A DNA stretch of 62,807 nt, filler included, from Pirum gemmata (Eukaryota), in NCBI GenBank assembly GCA_002812295.1. It is 14 parts of 14 records of this genome, joined end to end, with 100 filler letters (N's around TTAATTAATTAA, not from the genome) between each part and the next. Parts side by side here need not be neighbours in the genome. Positions count along the whole stretch, not along the records: positions 35,755 to 40,137 come from PDIN01001232.1; positions 40,238 to 45,251 come from PDIN01001233.1; positions 45,352 to 49,682 come from PDIN01001234.1; positions 49,783 to 53,873 come from PDIN01001235.1; 10 more parts are not named here. One strand, written 5' to 3'. Every line of letters begins with the position of its first letter. The stretch's first letter is position 1. The notes under the pieces were generated by a model that saw nothing but the letters and a program-made list of their open reading frames with translations, did not search any database and was not told where the DNA came from. The position numbers were made by a program, and so were the translations under genes. Of this stretch, positions 36,719 to 49,879 are shown in pieces.

Positions 36719-38757
36719 TAGTAGCTATCATACTAGTTAGTCTTTACTCTGGCTAGCTAGCTAGCTAGCTAGCTAGACTACCTTTTGCTATCTGGCTCTC
36801 TGCTAAACCCCGTCTACTGGCTCTACCGGTAGAAGCAGCAGTAGACTACCATGATACTAGCTAGAGCTAGCTAGTATAGCCTACTGACTAGCTAGTAGTA
36901 CTAGGCTAGTAGTAGTCTAGCTAATAGTCTAGCTGGTATCGATAGACCCCTCTACTAACTGCTACTACTAGCTAGTCTAGCTACCAGAGGCTGAGTAGCT
37001 ATCGATAGCTAGCTATTGATAGCTAGCTAGCTAGCTAGCTATAGCTGGTAGGGTTCTTTCTAACTTTTTTTTAAAAAAGCATCCAAAAATAAAAATCTTT
37101 TTTTTTTTCTCCTTCTTGTTTATCTTTGTCATACTTACTTAGTTTGATAGAGAAAGTGTAGAGAAGTATGTCTAACTAAAGTATGTCTAACTAAGCAATA
37201 TGATAGAAGTGTCAATGTGTCATATTTTATAAATAAAAGAAACAAACAGAAGAAATAAAGTTATAATCTATATACGGTGTGGTTGGTATATACAAGCATT
37301 TGTATATTAATTAAAATTAGTAATTATTATTATCTCTATAGACCCGTCTATATCATTATCATAATATTATATACCCGCACTATTATCATTAATATATAAA
37401 AGAACCAATTATATAATATAATTCAAATTATTATTTTCAAAGACCTGCTTTAAAACTACTACGACTAAAGTACTACGTGCTTGTGTGATGAAAGTAGCTA
37501 GTTTCCCCATACGATATGAATTCGAACTTATGATAATTAAAATTGTATCTATATATATTATTCTATGCTATAGTGTACAGACATGTTATATAATTAAATT
37601 TTATAGTCAACCGATGGAATACTAAACAAAGAGAACTACTAATGATAGAACAAGAAAAAAAAGAGATAAACTTAATTAAGTTTTTTAAAATTTATTTTTT
37701 TTTAAGAAAAGAAAAGAAAAGAAAAATTAAATAAATAAGATGCCTTGTTTAATTAAAATGTTTAGACGAAATATTATCCACTAACAATCCTAATCCACGT
37801 ATTTGGGAACCTATAGTTTGGAGACATTTACATGAGCTTGCATAATATATAGCTGCATATAATTATTAAAAATTTCATATAGCTTGATTTGATTATAAAT
37901 ATAATTATAAGCATCGACATGAATATATTTATTCTATGTATTAATTTACAATTATAAACCCTATCCCAAACCCTATACTTTAATCCTAACCTTACGCCTA
38001 ATTATATAACATAACCTTAACACAAACCCTATATATAGCTACCCCTAGGCCTAAACTTGTTTATTATTAATTTAAAACACCCTGACCCTAAACTTTTAAC
38101 TTTAAAACCCTGTAGCCCTAACCTTGCGAAACTTATATCTAATATTTATAGCCCTAGGCCTAATAACCCTAATCTCTAATCCCAACCCCAATCCCAACCC
38201 TAACCCTAACCCTAATTATAACCTTAAGTTTACCCTTATAATTAACAATTAACTCTAACCCGGATTATAACCCTAATTATATAACCCTGACATTCCTATT
38301 TATAATTTTATTTATAAGCTTTAATTAAAATTTAAATTTGTCATTTTTTTGTTAAGCTACTAGCTGTATTAATACTGCACATTCTTTTATTTATTAATAT
38401 AAATCATATATAATATTCATATTATCATGTATATTAATATTATATCTACTTATAGTATTAATACTAGTACTGGTATTAATACTAGTGGTACATGTCTATT
38501 TGATAATTTAATTATAAATTTTACTATTTATTTCATACTAAGCAGGGTATCAGGGACTAAAATTTAATCCCTATGTTTATGACAACAAATAAAGTTCTAT
38601 TAATATTATAATTATAATAATAACGTTTTATACATTATAATTAATTTTCTAATAATCATCATAATGGTCTTTCAAGTAGTTAATTAAAAAACTTGATATT
38701 AATAGTGATAAATAGTCTACTAGTAGTAGCTACAGCTGTATTATTTTTTTTTTTTAA

Positions 38758-39005
38758 CTCCCAAGCCGGATAAAAATGGCAACATCTGCCATAGACTATG
38801 AGCTCAAAATCCAAAAAATCTCAAAATGATTCAATTTTTAAAAAAAAGTGCTACCAAAATTTGAGAAATTTTCTAACTAAAAAAACACTATTATGCACCA
38901 ATTACAAGTTTTTAATAATAATTTGGCTATTTTAAATCAAAGGTTTTTAGAAAAGAAGTTTAAAAAAAAATGATTTCTAGTCTACAGTTTTATTCGGCTT
39001 GGCTG
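38758..39005. mobile_element. MITE family C copy (about 230-250 bp, TTAA-flanked, piggyBac-like)
   Basis: TTAA|CTCCCAAGCCGGATAAAA...TTTTATTCGGCTTGGCTG. A second, more degenerate copy lies at 39357-39554. Confidence 0.8.
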
Positions 39006-40254
39006 CTAAAAAAATATATATAAATATTTTTTATAATATTTTATAACAGTAAAATCAAGGACTTCAATTTAAAATGCTTTTTTAATTCATTTCTATGATT
39101 GGATGTTCATACTCCTGTCAGAACAAGAGCGTGACACCCTAGACACCCAGTGTCACCCACCCAAAAAAAAAGTGATTCCTGCAACTCATTGGTCCATTTT
39201 CTTGTTTCTTGCTGTTCACGTTTTGTTGCAGCTCTTTTATTGGTAAAAATCGATGTGTGGTGTTGTTGTCAGGAACAGCCATTTTTTTTATACCTTTTTT
39301 TTTATATGATATTATTTAGAAGAATTTCTTCTTATTATTAATAATATTTTTTTTAACAGCCAAACTGGGTAAAATTGCGACATAAGCCATACGCCATATG
39401 AGCTCAAAAATTTGAAAATCATAAAATCTTTCAATTTTAATGAAAGTACTGCCAAATATTGAGAAATCATCTAACTAATAAAAGTCTATATAAATGAGCC
39501 GATGGCCAAGAAGAAGTCTAAAAAAATGATTTTTGCAGTTTTATCTAGCGGCAGTATTAAAAAAAAAAAAATAAAATAATAAAAAAAAAAAGGGTAGGGT
39601 TATAGGGTGCGGGTTTAATAGGGTTAGGGTTAGGGTTAGGGTTAGTGCTGATACCTTTAGCTCTTTGTTTTTCGAAAGAAAGATAAAATTTAATTTAATA
39701 TAATTAGTTATATTGTTATCATGATGTTATTAATATTGTTATTGGTAAAACCACAATTAATTTAAGGTATATTAAAAGAAAAGAGATTAAATAATATTGG
39801 CCTTACGTACATGCATAATTATGTATGGTATTATAAAATTTAATATCGTATGCATGCGGGGTGTACAGGAGACTGTCCAGTATTCAGTTATGAAAGTAGC
39901 TATACTATAGGTAATATAATATATTTGTATATTAATATAATATTATACTTTTCAGAGTATTGATTAGTGTTTCGAATTTATTTTTTAATTTTGAGTAAAC
40001 GAAAGTCAATACAAACCAAGGACTTCAATTTTTGGAAGTCCTTGTACAAACCAATAAATATTTTCAATTTTTTTTTACTTTTTTTATCATATGACATAAT
40101 ATTATGATAACTAAAAAAAAAAAAAAAAAAAAAAAAANNNNNNNNNNNNNNNNNNNNNNNNNNNNNNNNNNNNNNNNNNNNTTAATTAATTAANNNNNNN
40201 NNNNNNNNNNNNNNNNNNNNNNNNNNNNNNNNNNNNNTTTACACAATTTCAAGT

Positions 40255-40471
40255 TCTCCCAATTCTGCTCTTTTTTAAAAATTGAGTTTTCAAGCCTATT
40301 TATAAATTAAATAAGTTCGAAATTTTGAGCTTATAATTAAGTATTCAAATATATTTATTATTTATAAACCCGAAAAAAATGAGAAAATAATTCTCGAACA
40401 GAGCTGAATTTTGGCTTTTTTTTTTTTGACAGCAGAAATTCGAGTTTTCGGGCTTGAGCAGAATTGGGAGA
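40255..40471. mobile_element. MITE family E (217 bp, perfect 16-bp TIR TCTCCCAATTCTGCTC)
   Basis: TIR at 40255-40270 and its reverse complement at 40456-40471. A partial homologue lies at about 2733-2805. Confidence 0.75.
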
Positions 40472-41103
40472 GGCATATTATGACATACAAAGAAATAAAA
40501 TACTATTTGACGTTCTGATTCGCTAGCCCAACTTTTCTGTATTCTGGTTTGCTGGCTGGGGTTTACTTATCTTGTTTCCTTTACCTACCCAACCCTCGAC
40601 GTTAATTTCCGGTCAAATACCACCTACCCACCTACCCTTTGACGTGACGTAACTGGTATGTATATCTTGTATTTTTTTTCATTATTATTAAGTTGATTAT
40701 TTATATTGATATATTGCGTATAAATAAACATATGGATCCCTTAATTGGATTCAATTTGTGATTTTGCTACTCACACCACTCCATTCACTCAGTAAATAGC
40801 TCTGCGTTAAAATTCATTTCTCAAGCACAACTACGAGTGACAACGAAATATATTAGAAAAAGTTAATAAATTAAAAGTATTTATCTTCTTCCACATTATC
40901 ACAATCATCAAAAAAATAAAACAAAAGATTTTTCCAAAATCCCTTTTATTCTCTTCTAGAACTTGATCTTTTATAAAATAAACGTTACACCAATTGCAGT
41001 ACAGCTGCAGTAACAATGGTTCATAACTTCGGAAACACCTACTAAGTTTATACAGATCGCAACTTAAGCAACAATTATTCATGGCAAGTGTGAATACAGG
41101 TAC

Positions 41104-41217
41104 CCTAACCCTAACCCTAAACCCTAAACCCTAAACCTTAACCCTTAAGCCCTAAACGTCTAAACCCTAAACCTAAACCTAAACCTCTAAACCCAAACCC
41201 AAACCCCACACTAACCC
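41104..41217 (-). repeat. Interstitial telomere-like array CCCTAA grading to CCCTAAA and degenerate units
   Basis: Directly visible. Confidence 0.8.
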
Positions 41218-41651
41218 TGCAAGTATCAACTGTCTCTGTGTGATTTGTCAAGAATACAGGTGTGTGCACAAGGGTTGTTTACTGCGGGTGAATGTACATG
41301 CATTCAAAAACATAGCTAAAACCATTTCCAATTGTTCTGTTCTTGTCATTGATAACAATGGTTCACTACCACTTACTATTTTTAGTATTATCATTATCAT
41401 TATCATTATCATCGTTATCATCCTTATTATTATTGCTATTACTATTGTTATGATGAACTAGTTGCCTGTAAGCCATTCTTATTATTTTGGGGTTATTAAT
41501 CAAAGTATCACCAGTAAACCCAAAAAGCCTGCTATTACTGACAGTTAATTAAAACTTAAGAGCAAAACAAAACAAACAAACAAACAAAAAAGTTTTGTTA
41601 TTAGCTATAGCAAACTTAAAAAAATCATTTCTTGATTGATTACATTTGAGT

Positions 41652-44003
41652 TCAACCCCAAACGAAATAACCAATCATTATTCCCATCAAAAACAAAAAT
41701 ATACCAACAATTAAAAGTTTTTCATAATGCGCTTTCCAAAAAGAAGGGTAAAATTGCTTAAAAAATTCATCAATGTTCTTTTGCAAATCTTCCTTTGTTC
41801 CATCATTGTCAATTACATATTGGGCCAATTTACATTTTTCTTTCAAATCCATCTTTATACGTAAATAAATAAACATAAAACAACAGTTATAACAAACATA
41901 TAAACTAATAATTATATAGAACACCCGGAAAACTTTTTGAACCATAACCATAACCATAGCCATAACCATAACCAAAACCATAACCATAACCAAAACCATA
42001 ACCATAATAACCATAACCATAATAACCATAACCATAACCATAACCATAACCATAACCATGCAAAAATAATACATATATGGACATAAAGTAATAAATTGCT
42101 CAAGACTTACAATTTATAATTTAACAATGTTAAAAAAATGAATATAAAAAAACCTGTGCTTTTATTCTTTGCTTCGCGTCTTTTTCGGATATTTTATCTC
42201 TTTTAACCAGCCGTTCTAGTTGATTTTCATCATTGCTGTTTGGATACAATAATAAACAGTATATTAGTTTCGAAATCACTTATTATCAATGTTATAATTA
42301 AAATTATGATTCATTATTTATTATTATCATTTACTATCATCATTTATTATCATCATTTACTATTATCATTTGTTATTATCATTTCTTAATATTATTAATA
42401 TTATCATTATGATGATGATCATGATGATGATGATGATGGTGGTGGTGGTGATGGTGATGATGATGATAGTGCATTGTTTACAGCTTTACCAGTACACTAC
42501 AACATTTAAAGTAGTAATTTTATGTAACTGCGCCTCAAATAACAAAGGGGCATCAAGAATTATCATACGATATCCCATGACATAAGCTGTAACGGTTTTT
42601 TTCAACATCGATTGTATAATTTCTGTCATTGCATTAAAAAAAAGGAACGTATAGTTAGAGTATTTAATATACACAGCAATTACAACGAAAAAACAAACAG
42701 CTAGAAATTTTCAAAGAGATCTTTCAAAACAGGTGGGCCTGGTGAAATGTAAATATAGCTTTTATTTAGGGACAGGTTGTGGTCACCAAATTAAAAATTC
42801 AAACACGGACTCAATTGAAAACTCGAGTCAAAGTCGAAGTAGTAGTGCGGGTAGTGCTGGTGGTCGCGGCGTGTAATTGTAGTTGTAGTGACGGGTAGTT
42901 GTAGTGGCGGACATTGGTGTACAGTGGAGTGCAGTGGTGTACAGTGATGATGGTGGGCAGGCGTATGGCGGCGGTGGGGAGGGGTGACGGGCAGTGTGGT
43001 TAGTGGTTGGGGTATTTATAAGGGGTTAGGTAACCAACCAGGCTGAACCAAGTCATTCAAAACTTTTCGCTTTATATCATCTCCAAATATTATGTTCCCT
43101 AATGCTTTTCTTATTATTATTATTATCATTAATATTAATATTATTACTATTATTGAAATGATGAAAATGATGATTATTTTTTATATTAGTATTATTATTA
43201 TTATTATTATTATTACTCATTTTGCAAACACAACGGTATTATTAGTTTGGTTGAGAGAACAACAAAAAACATATCAAACTAAAAAAAGAAAAAAGTAACA
43301 ATAAAGAAGTGTTAAACAATAGAAAAAAAGTGACATTATTTAAATTATAAAACACAATATTGTTGCTACCTATCTAAAGTGCCATTAGAGTTTAATATGT
43401 CTTCGCCAAATGCTTCGACTGCCTTTTCTAAAGCAGGGGTACCTTTGCAAAAGAAATTAGGGGTTTGTAAAATAGAAACATAAAAACAACAAACTCATCT
43501 AATCAATAATCAATATTACGAAAGAGCAACAATACAGAAAATAAGATAAAGGAGACATTTTCATGGAAGAACAAGATCTAATAATATGTACGTATCCATG
43601 CTTATCTTTCCACCTTTGTTTTAGAATTTTCTTCTTGAGTTGTTTACAAAAAAAAAGAAAAAAAAAAAAATAAGTAAATAAATAAAACGATTAATACCTG
43701 GCTCCATGACTTCTCTAGCAATCAAGTCTGCATCTATTATTTTGACCATGTTGCCACCATCTTTTGCTTTAATAACAACAATTCAAGTGTAAATGGAAAA
43801 CGCAAACAATTAGCTCAAGTATCGATATACAATTTAAAATTATTTTCTTGTTTTAATACTGATAATGGATTATTTTCTCAAGTTTTGAGTGTGTGTGTGT
43901 GTGTGTATGTATGTGTGTGGGTGTGGGTGGGTGCGTGTGGGTGGGTGTGTTTATATATGTGTACGTGTGCGTGTATGGGTATTTGTATGGGTATGGGTAT
44001 GGG

Positions 44004-44076
<73 letters not shown>

Positions 44077-44211
44077 GGTGTGCAGTTTCGTATAGTACAT
44101 AGACTTCCAATAGTGTTCATTACCTTTTTCACTCCCTAGTTGTTTCAATCTTTCAGAAACCGAAGATTTTCCACTGGCTATACCACCAGTTAAACCGACT
44201 AAAACCGGCAT
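41652..44211 (-). CDS. DCAKD: Dephospho-CoA kinase (CoaE/DCAKD/Cab5 type), complete, 7 exons, 238 aa, C-terminal TM anchor
   Basis: Exons 44211-44124, 43766-43698, 43442-43370, 43109-43039, 42622-42490, 42235-42154 and 41852-41652 join in frame (717 nt) with GT-AG ends. Motifs: VGLTGGIASGKS (P-loop), IIDADLIAREV, GTLDRKALGNIIF, LDAPLLFE, QLERLVKRD, RIKAQM, VIDNDG. Confidence 0.95.
43985..44075. repeat. (GGGTAT)n hexamer microsatellite in DCAKD intron 1; (ACCATA)n in intron 6 at 41941-42059
   Basis: Directly visible. Confidence 0.9.
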
Positions 44212-45067
44212 AACTTTAGTATAAAGGAAACAAAGATGAACTTACTACTTTATGTATTTCCTGATTTTACTTGCTTCGTAATTATTTCCTCACTTTTGCA
44301 ATATTACTTTTTGTTGTCGTTGACATAAAATTGTACTCTATAATTTGCATTATTTGTTTTGTTTATTTTATTTATATATATAGCAAAAAAGTAACCACTT
44401 TTTTGCTATATATATATATTTATCATATATATTTTTTTCCCCACCAGCTAGCTACTACTAGCTAGAGTCTAGTAGCTAGCTAGCTAGACTACGATAGAAT
44501 ATTATCATATCACTGGAATACAATAATATCATATAGGAGTCATATAAGTAGATTTTAGCTAAAATTTTTGCTACAGTTTCGAGCTATACGGTAGTTTGGG
44601 TAAACGAACCACCCACCCTCGGAAAGCCAATATTATTTTTAGCTACAGTCAGAGTACTCTCTAGTCTTATTCGTTTAAATTCAACAGCTTTGGTCTACTT
44701 TGTGGTTTAAGTGAACCCAAATTTTGATTCATTTATTTTTAGTTTAATTGTAGATAATTCTTCTCTNGACATGATAGTGTCGTTTTCAAAAATGATCGGT
44801 TAAACCCAAAATCGATACTGTTTTTTCATTCGTTTTAAAAACTATAATTTTCGTCTGATTTTATTGCAACGATAACAATTGGATACGTTATTTGTTAGGA
44901 TGAAAAGAGACCAATAATATTATTCTTGTAAATTATTTCTTTTTTAAAAAAAAAAAATTTTAAAAACTTATTATTCGCTATTTTCCGATTTGTTTGGGCA
45001 TTTCAAAAGATGTTACTATATATAGAGTATAACTACTAACTAGCTAGTATTTATAATTATTACTATA

Positions 45068-45250
45068 TCGTCTATTTCATTACAGCTGTCCTTTCTACCT
45101 TTAATTTGGTACCGTTTAATTGTATAATCGAACTTTTTGTAAATATAAAATCACTATATAAAATATCAAATTAATTAAAACATGACCAATTAATTATAAT
45201 TTGGTAAGCTTATTTCAGTTTGAACCGAACAACACTATTGAAAAACACGA
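45068..45250. mobile_element. MITE family B full copy
   Basis: TA|TCGTCTATTTCATTACAGCTGTCC...GAACAACACTATTGAAAAACACGA|T (contig end). Confidence 0.85.
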
Positions 45251-45540
45251 TNNNNNNNNNNNNNNNNNNNNNNNNNNNNNNNNNNNNNNNNNNNNTTAAT
45301 TAATTAANNNNNNNNNNNNNNNNNNNNNNNNNNNNNNNNNNNNNNNNNNNNAATCATAATCATGATCATAATCATAATCATAATCATAATCATAATCATA
45401 ATCATAATCAAAATCATATTCATAAACATAATAAACATAATAATAATATAAGTAAATAGATAACATGTAAAACAAACAAACAAACAAACCAATTTACATA
45501 TATAAAAAAATAATATGTAAATAACAAAAAAACAACTTAC

Positions 45541-45676
45541 AGCCTTCTTTACAAGCTGATATTTGTTGCCTTAAAAATCGATCTTTGGAAAGATTAGAAT
45601 CACTAAAATAAAAAGACAGCTGTTTTTTAACCTTTTCTATTATTGGAACATCATTATTAACTTTATCAACATCCAT
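45541..45676 (-). CDS. La-motif RNA-binding protein (LARP7-like), first coding exon; rest lost at the contig end
   Basis: KVKKQLSFYFSDSNLSKDRFLRQQISACKEG fits the La motif Q..FYF.D.NL..D.FL. Donor GTAAGT at 45540. Confidence 0.85.
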
Positions 45677-45756
45677 TTTTATTTCAATTGTTATTGTTGT
45701 TTGTTGTTTGTTGTTTGTTGTTTGTTGTTGTTTGCTGCTTTTTGTTTGTTGCTTTC

Positions 45757-46150
45757 TGTTTATTGTTTATTGTTTATTGTTTATTGTTTATTGTTTATTG
45801 TTTATTGTTTATTGTTTATTGTTTATTGTTTATTGTTAATTGTTAATTGTTAATTGTTAATTGTTTATTGTTTATTGNNNNNNNNNNNNNNNNNNNNNNN
45901 NNNNNNNNNNNNNNNNNNNNNNNNNNNNNNNNNNNNNNNNNNNNNNNNNNNNNNNNNNNNNNNNNNNNNNNNNNNNNNNNNNNNNNNNNNNNNNNNNNNN
46001 NNNNNNNNNNNNNNNNNNNNNNNNNNNNNNNNNNNNNNNNNNNNNNNNTATTGTTTATTATTCATTGTTGATTGTTGATTGTTTATTGTTTATTGTTTAT
46101 TGTTTATTGTTTATTGTTTATTGTTTATTGTTTATTGTTTATTGTTTATT
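45757..46150. repeat. (TTGTTTA)n heptamer microsatellite spanning an assembly gap
   Basis: Visible on both sides of the N-run 45878-46048. Confidence 0.9.
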
Positions 46151-47569
46151 GTTTGTATGTTGTTGCACTTTCTGCTGCTATTGAAATTTGTTATTTTTTC
46201 TTGTTCTTGTCTTGTTCTTGTTCTTGTTCTTGTCGGGGTTCGTGTTCGTGAGTTCGTGTTCGTGAGTTCGCTTTTGTTATTTTAATTATTTCTATAAAGG
46301 TCTTTCTACGACTATTCGACTGCAGTTATATATCGGTATCATAGTTTATCATATTTACAATTAATGAGTATAATAAGTAACACATGACATGTACACTGTA
46401 GCTAGAGATATCCTACTATGAATCTATGATAGGTAGTTAGTTAGCTCGATAGCTAGCTAGCTAGCTAGACGTGCCTATCGGTAGCACATGAGGTTCAGTT
46501 TTTGGTCTTTTTTTTCAAGAGACACAAAATGACGTATAATTTCAAAAATGACGTATAAATTATGTAATGGAAATATCTTGTATGATACATTACAAAAAAA
46601 TAATAATGTCATAATGATATCATACTATTTTTTCTAACCTTAATTAACCAAGCCTAACAACCCCTATCCCTAACCCTAACTATAAAACCCTAATCCTAAC
46701 CCTAAATTGACATACAGAAATGCCAATACTTACAACAAATGCTAACCCCCAAACCCCAACCCAATTTTTTATAACTTATAATTAATTCAGGGTTTTATAA
46801 TTAAAAGCTCTTATTAAATTAATTAATTACAAACTACAGTTTTCAAAATCCCACCCTAATATTAACCTTTTAGAGTCCTCTAGCTAGCTAGTATCATAGT
46901 AGTAGCTAGCTTTAGTTAGAGCCAGCCCCTATCAGGTATAGTCAGTTATAATTAATTTATAATTATATTAGAATATAATAATTATTATAATAACCCAGTC
47001 CCTGACAATACTAGCTAGAGTGCCGTATAACTTTTATATATACTACGTATACTTTTTATTAAGACAGATAGATATATAGATAAAAAGATACTCATTCGAA
47101 ATCAACTGGGAAGACCAGCACTGAAGAAAGACTGAAGATCGATCGAAAGTAGAGAATTCTAAACCGTATAATCTTGAGCTTCAAAATTTTATGACTAAAT
47201 TGGATAATATTATCAACAAAAGCGACACTTTTATCAACAAAAGCGACAAAATGAGCGCATTCTGGACTTTGGAAATTCAGTAGTCTATATATGGTATTTT
47301 CGCCTTAATATAGAACCCCCACCGAGGGCCATAATTGGCTCATATTCAGTATATGACGTCATTATTCAGTTTAATTAATAAAGCCAAATAAGGCGATATT
47401 CAGTAAACCTCGCGAATTAGTACTAAATATGGTAACTTTATTGTCTATATTCACTATTTAAAATCAATATTCAGGTAGTTTTTGGTAACTTGACTACTAT
47501 ATTTAGCAATTTTTTTCAAGGCTTGCCCTGCCTATCCAGGCTTAAAAATTATATTTTAATACTCAAATA

Positions 47570-48130
47570 TATTAAAACTGCATATGTATGTGTTTTGTTA
47601 ACGCGTAGTTGCAGTGTAAATGTGTACACATGTATACGAATAGATGTCCTTGGCGCATATCGATATATAATTATATGGATTAGCTAGCTATTGGGTTAGA
47701 ATTTAATAGGGATTTAAATTTGTTAGGGGTATAATTATATAGTACGTAACCTAGGCCTCACTATTCTTTAATAAATTGTATTCAAAAATTTATAACTAAG
47801 CATAAGTTTAAATTGGATAATATTTTCAGTAATTTATATTATAGTACAGCATACATGCGCAGTAGAGAGTTGTACAGAATAATTTATAAATTTAAATTAA
47901 AGTTTTAAATAATTATATATAATCATTTAAATATATTAAAATTGAAATTGTTAACAGCGTAGATACAATGTATTAATACATGTGCACGAATAGACGTGCT
48001 ATTTTAGAATTACAATAATCAGCTAGCTATATATATATAGGGTTTGAGTTTAATAGGGATTTGTTAGGGGTATGCATGGTACGTAACCTAGCTATATAAT
48101 TATAGGCCTCACTGCTTTTTAATAAATTGC
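47570..48130 (+). repeat. Diverged tandem duplication (two ~200-bp copies, ~360 bp apart)
   Basis: TGTTAAC(A)GCGTAG..CATGT..ACGAATAGA..TTTAATAGGGATTT..GTTAGGGGTAT..GTACGTAACCTAG..AGGCCTCACT..TTTAATAAATTG occurs twice. Confidence 0.7.
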
Positions 48131-48926
48131 ACATGACATTGTATTAATATTATTTTTCAAAATCACGTGTACAGTTACAGTTTTTTCTCTCTCAGTTACA
48201 CTGGTTGAACCGGTGGCAGACAACCAATATCAAATTTCATATATAATATTAGAAATGATTATTATATAAAGTCAAATTTATTTATATTATGATATTATAA
48301 TATAATATTATATTAATATTGTTTTTATTTATCAAAATTTTATTGTGATTAGATTCTGCTCCGAAGAGTTCCACAATTAATTTTCTTATAACAAATTCGA
48401 AACTTATAATATAAATTATTTATATACAAATTATTTATTACTTTGGTTGATACTACATAATATACATATTATGTACATGTAATACTCAATTTTCACACTA
48501 AAAAAAATACAAAAGTGCCCCTGACTCGAAACATATATAACTGTGAATTATAACATACAATAATATAACCTACATAGTTATTGTGATAAACTTAACCTCT
48601 TTTACTATAATATTTGGCTACAATTGTGCTACTAGATGAGTAAACAGATTCCCATGACATCAGATTTCCCTACCCTAATTAACCCTTATCTAACGCTAAC
48701 AGTAACTAACGTTAACGCTTAATTAAGCTTGTAACATCATGCATAATATTATTATGTTGCCTTCTCTTTATCCCAAAAAATCACATGCGTAAATAATAAT
48801 TGTTTATTTAAATTTCTGCATTATTTTCATTTCAAGAAATAAACAATGTTGCTTGTAATCCTTCATTGTTTCCAAATTACAACATTCTTCTCAATGATTA
48901 TAATTAAACTCAGATACCAATAACAA

Positions 48927-49139
48927 CTATCCTAAGCAACGACGACGACGACGACCTCTAGCGTCACATGGATCCCGTCTCACTAATCTACTACTACTAC
49001 TACTATCGTTTTGCTCTATGGATCTAGTATCCAATTTATTCTTCGCTAAGCCTACTGATAACGCTGGCACACAGACGCTCAAAATTAAGAAAAGACAACA
49101 TTGGATTAAAAAACCCTTTAACAGCGATCTCACAAACAT
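48927..49139 (-). CDS. Small secreted prepropeptide, 70 aa
   Basis: Real ATG after an A-rich leader; signal-like N-terminus (FLIQCCLFLILSVCVPA); spacer; LVRR cleavage site; C-terminal DPCDARGRRRRRCLG. GC higher than the flanks; AGTATATAAA about 100 nt upstream. Confidence 0.65.
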   Translation of the reverse strand: MFVRSLLKGFLIQCCLFLILSVCVPALSVGLAKNKLDTRSIEQNDSSSSSRLVRRDPCDARGRRRRRCLG

Positions 49140-49879
49140 TATTTTAATTAAATATGTTTTTTTTTTTTTTCCTATTTTTTCTTTCCTGTAATCTATTCTT
49201 ACTTTTTTATTTTTATTTTTTTATATTGTTTTCGCTCTCTTTTATATACTCAAAGTTCACACTCACCAAATTTTTGTTTATTTTTTATTTTATTACAATA
49301 GTTATTTTTATTACTAGCTATTATTATAAATTATTGATTTATTATTATTATTATTATTTTACTTTTTTATTATTATATATTTGCTCATCAAAGAAGATGA
49401 CGCTGGTGTCTCATTATTATTTTCTTTATTTATATTGTTCAGCTTTGTTGTGTTTGTTCCTGGCTAGCTACTAGCTAGCTAGCTACTCAGCTATGCCTAC
49501 GAGACTACGAGTGCCTACGTTAGCCTACGCTAGCTATAATATGTAGTGCTATGTATAGCCTCCTCTACCGGTATAGGTCTATATATGATACTATGATTTA
49601 TTAGAAAAGCACGATAATAGTACGATTATCCAGACGATAATCCTCAGAGGTGTTTGTTTTTTTTTTTTTTTTTTTTTTTTTTNNNNNNNNNNNNNNNNNN
49701 NNNNNNNNNNNNNNNNNNNNNNNNNNTTAATTAATTAANNNNNNNNNNNNNNNNNNNNNNNNNNNNNNNNNNNNNNNNNNNNAATATGTTGATTATCTAA
49801 TAATGCCTTACCCTTACCCTTACCCTTACCCTTATTATCACTCTAACCCTGGTACCAACCCTAATCCTTTCTACTTAGA

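Noticed and set aside
41025..41100. LLSLYRSQLK resembling an LYR motif before a GT donor
   Set aside because: An in-frame stop lies immediately upstream and there is no suitable start or acceptor; probably chance.
43853..44139. PIPIP/THTHT/GYGYG/MGMGM ORFs
   Set aside because: (GGGTAT)n and (GT)n microsatellites in DCAKD intron 1.
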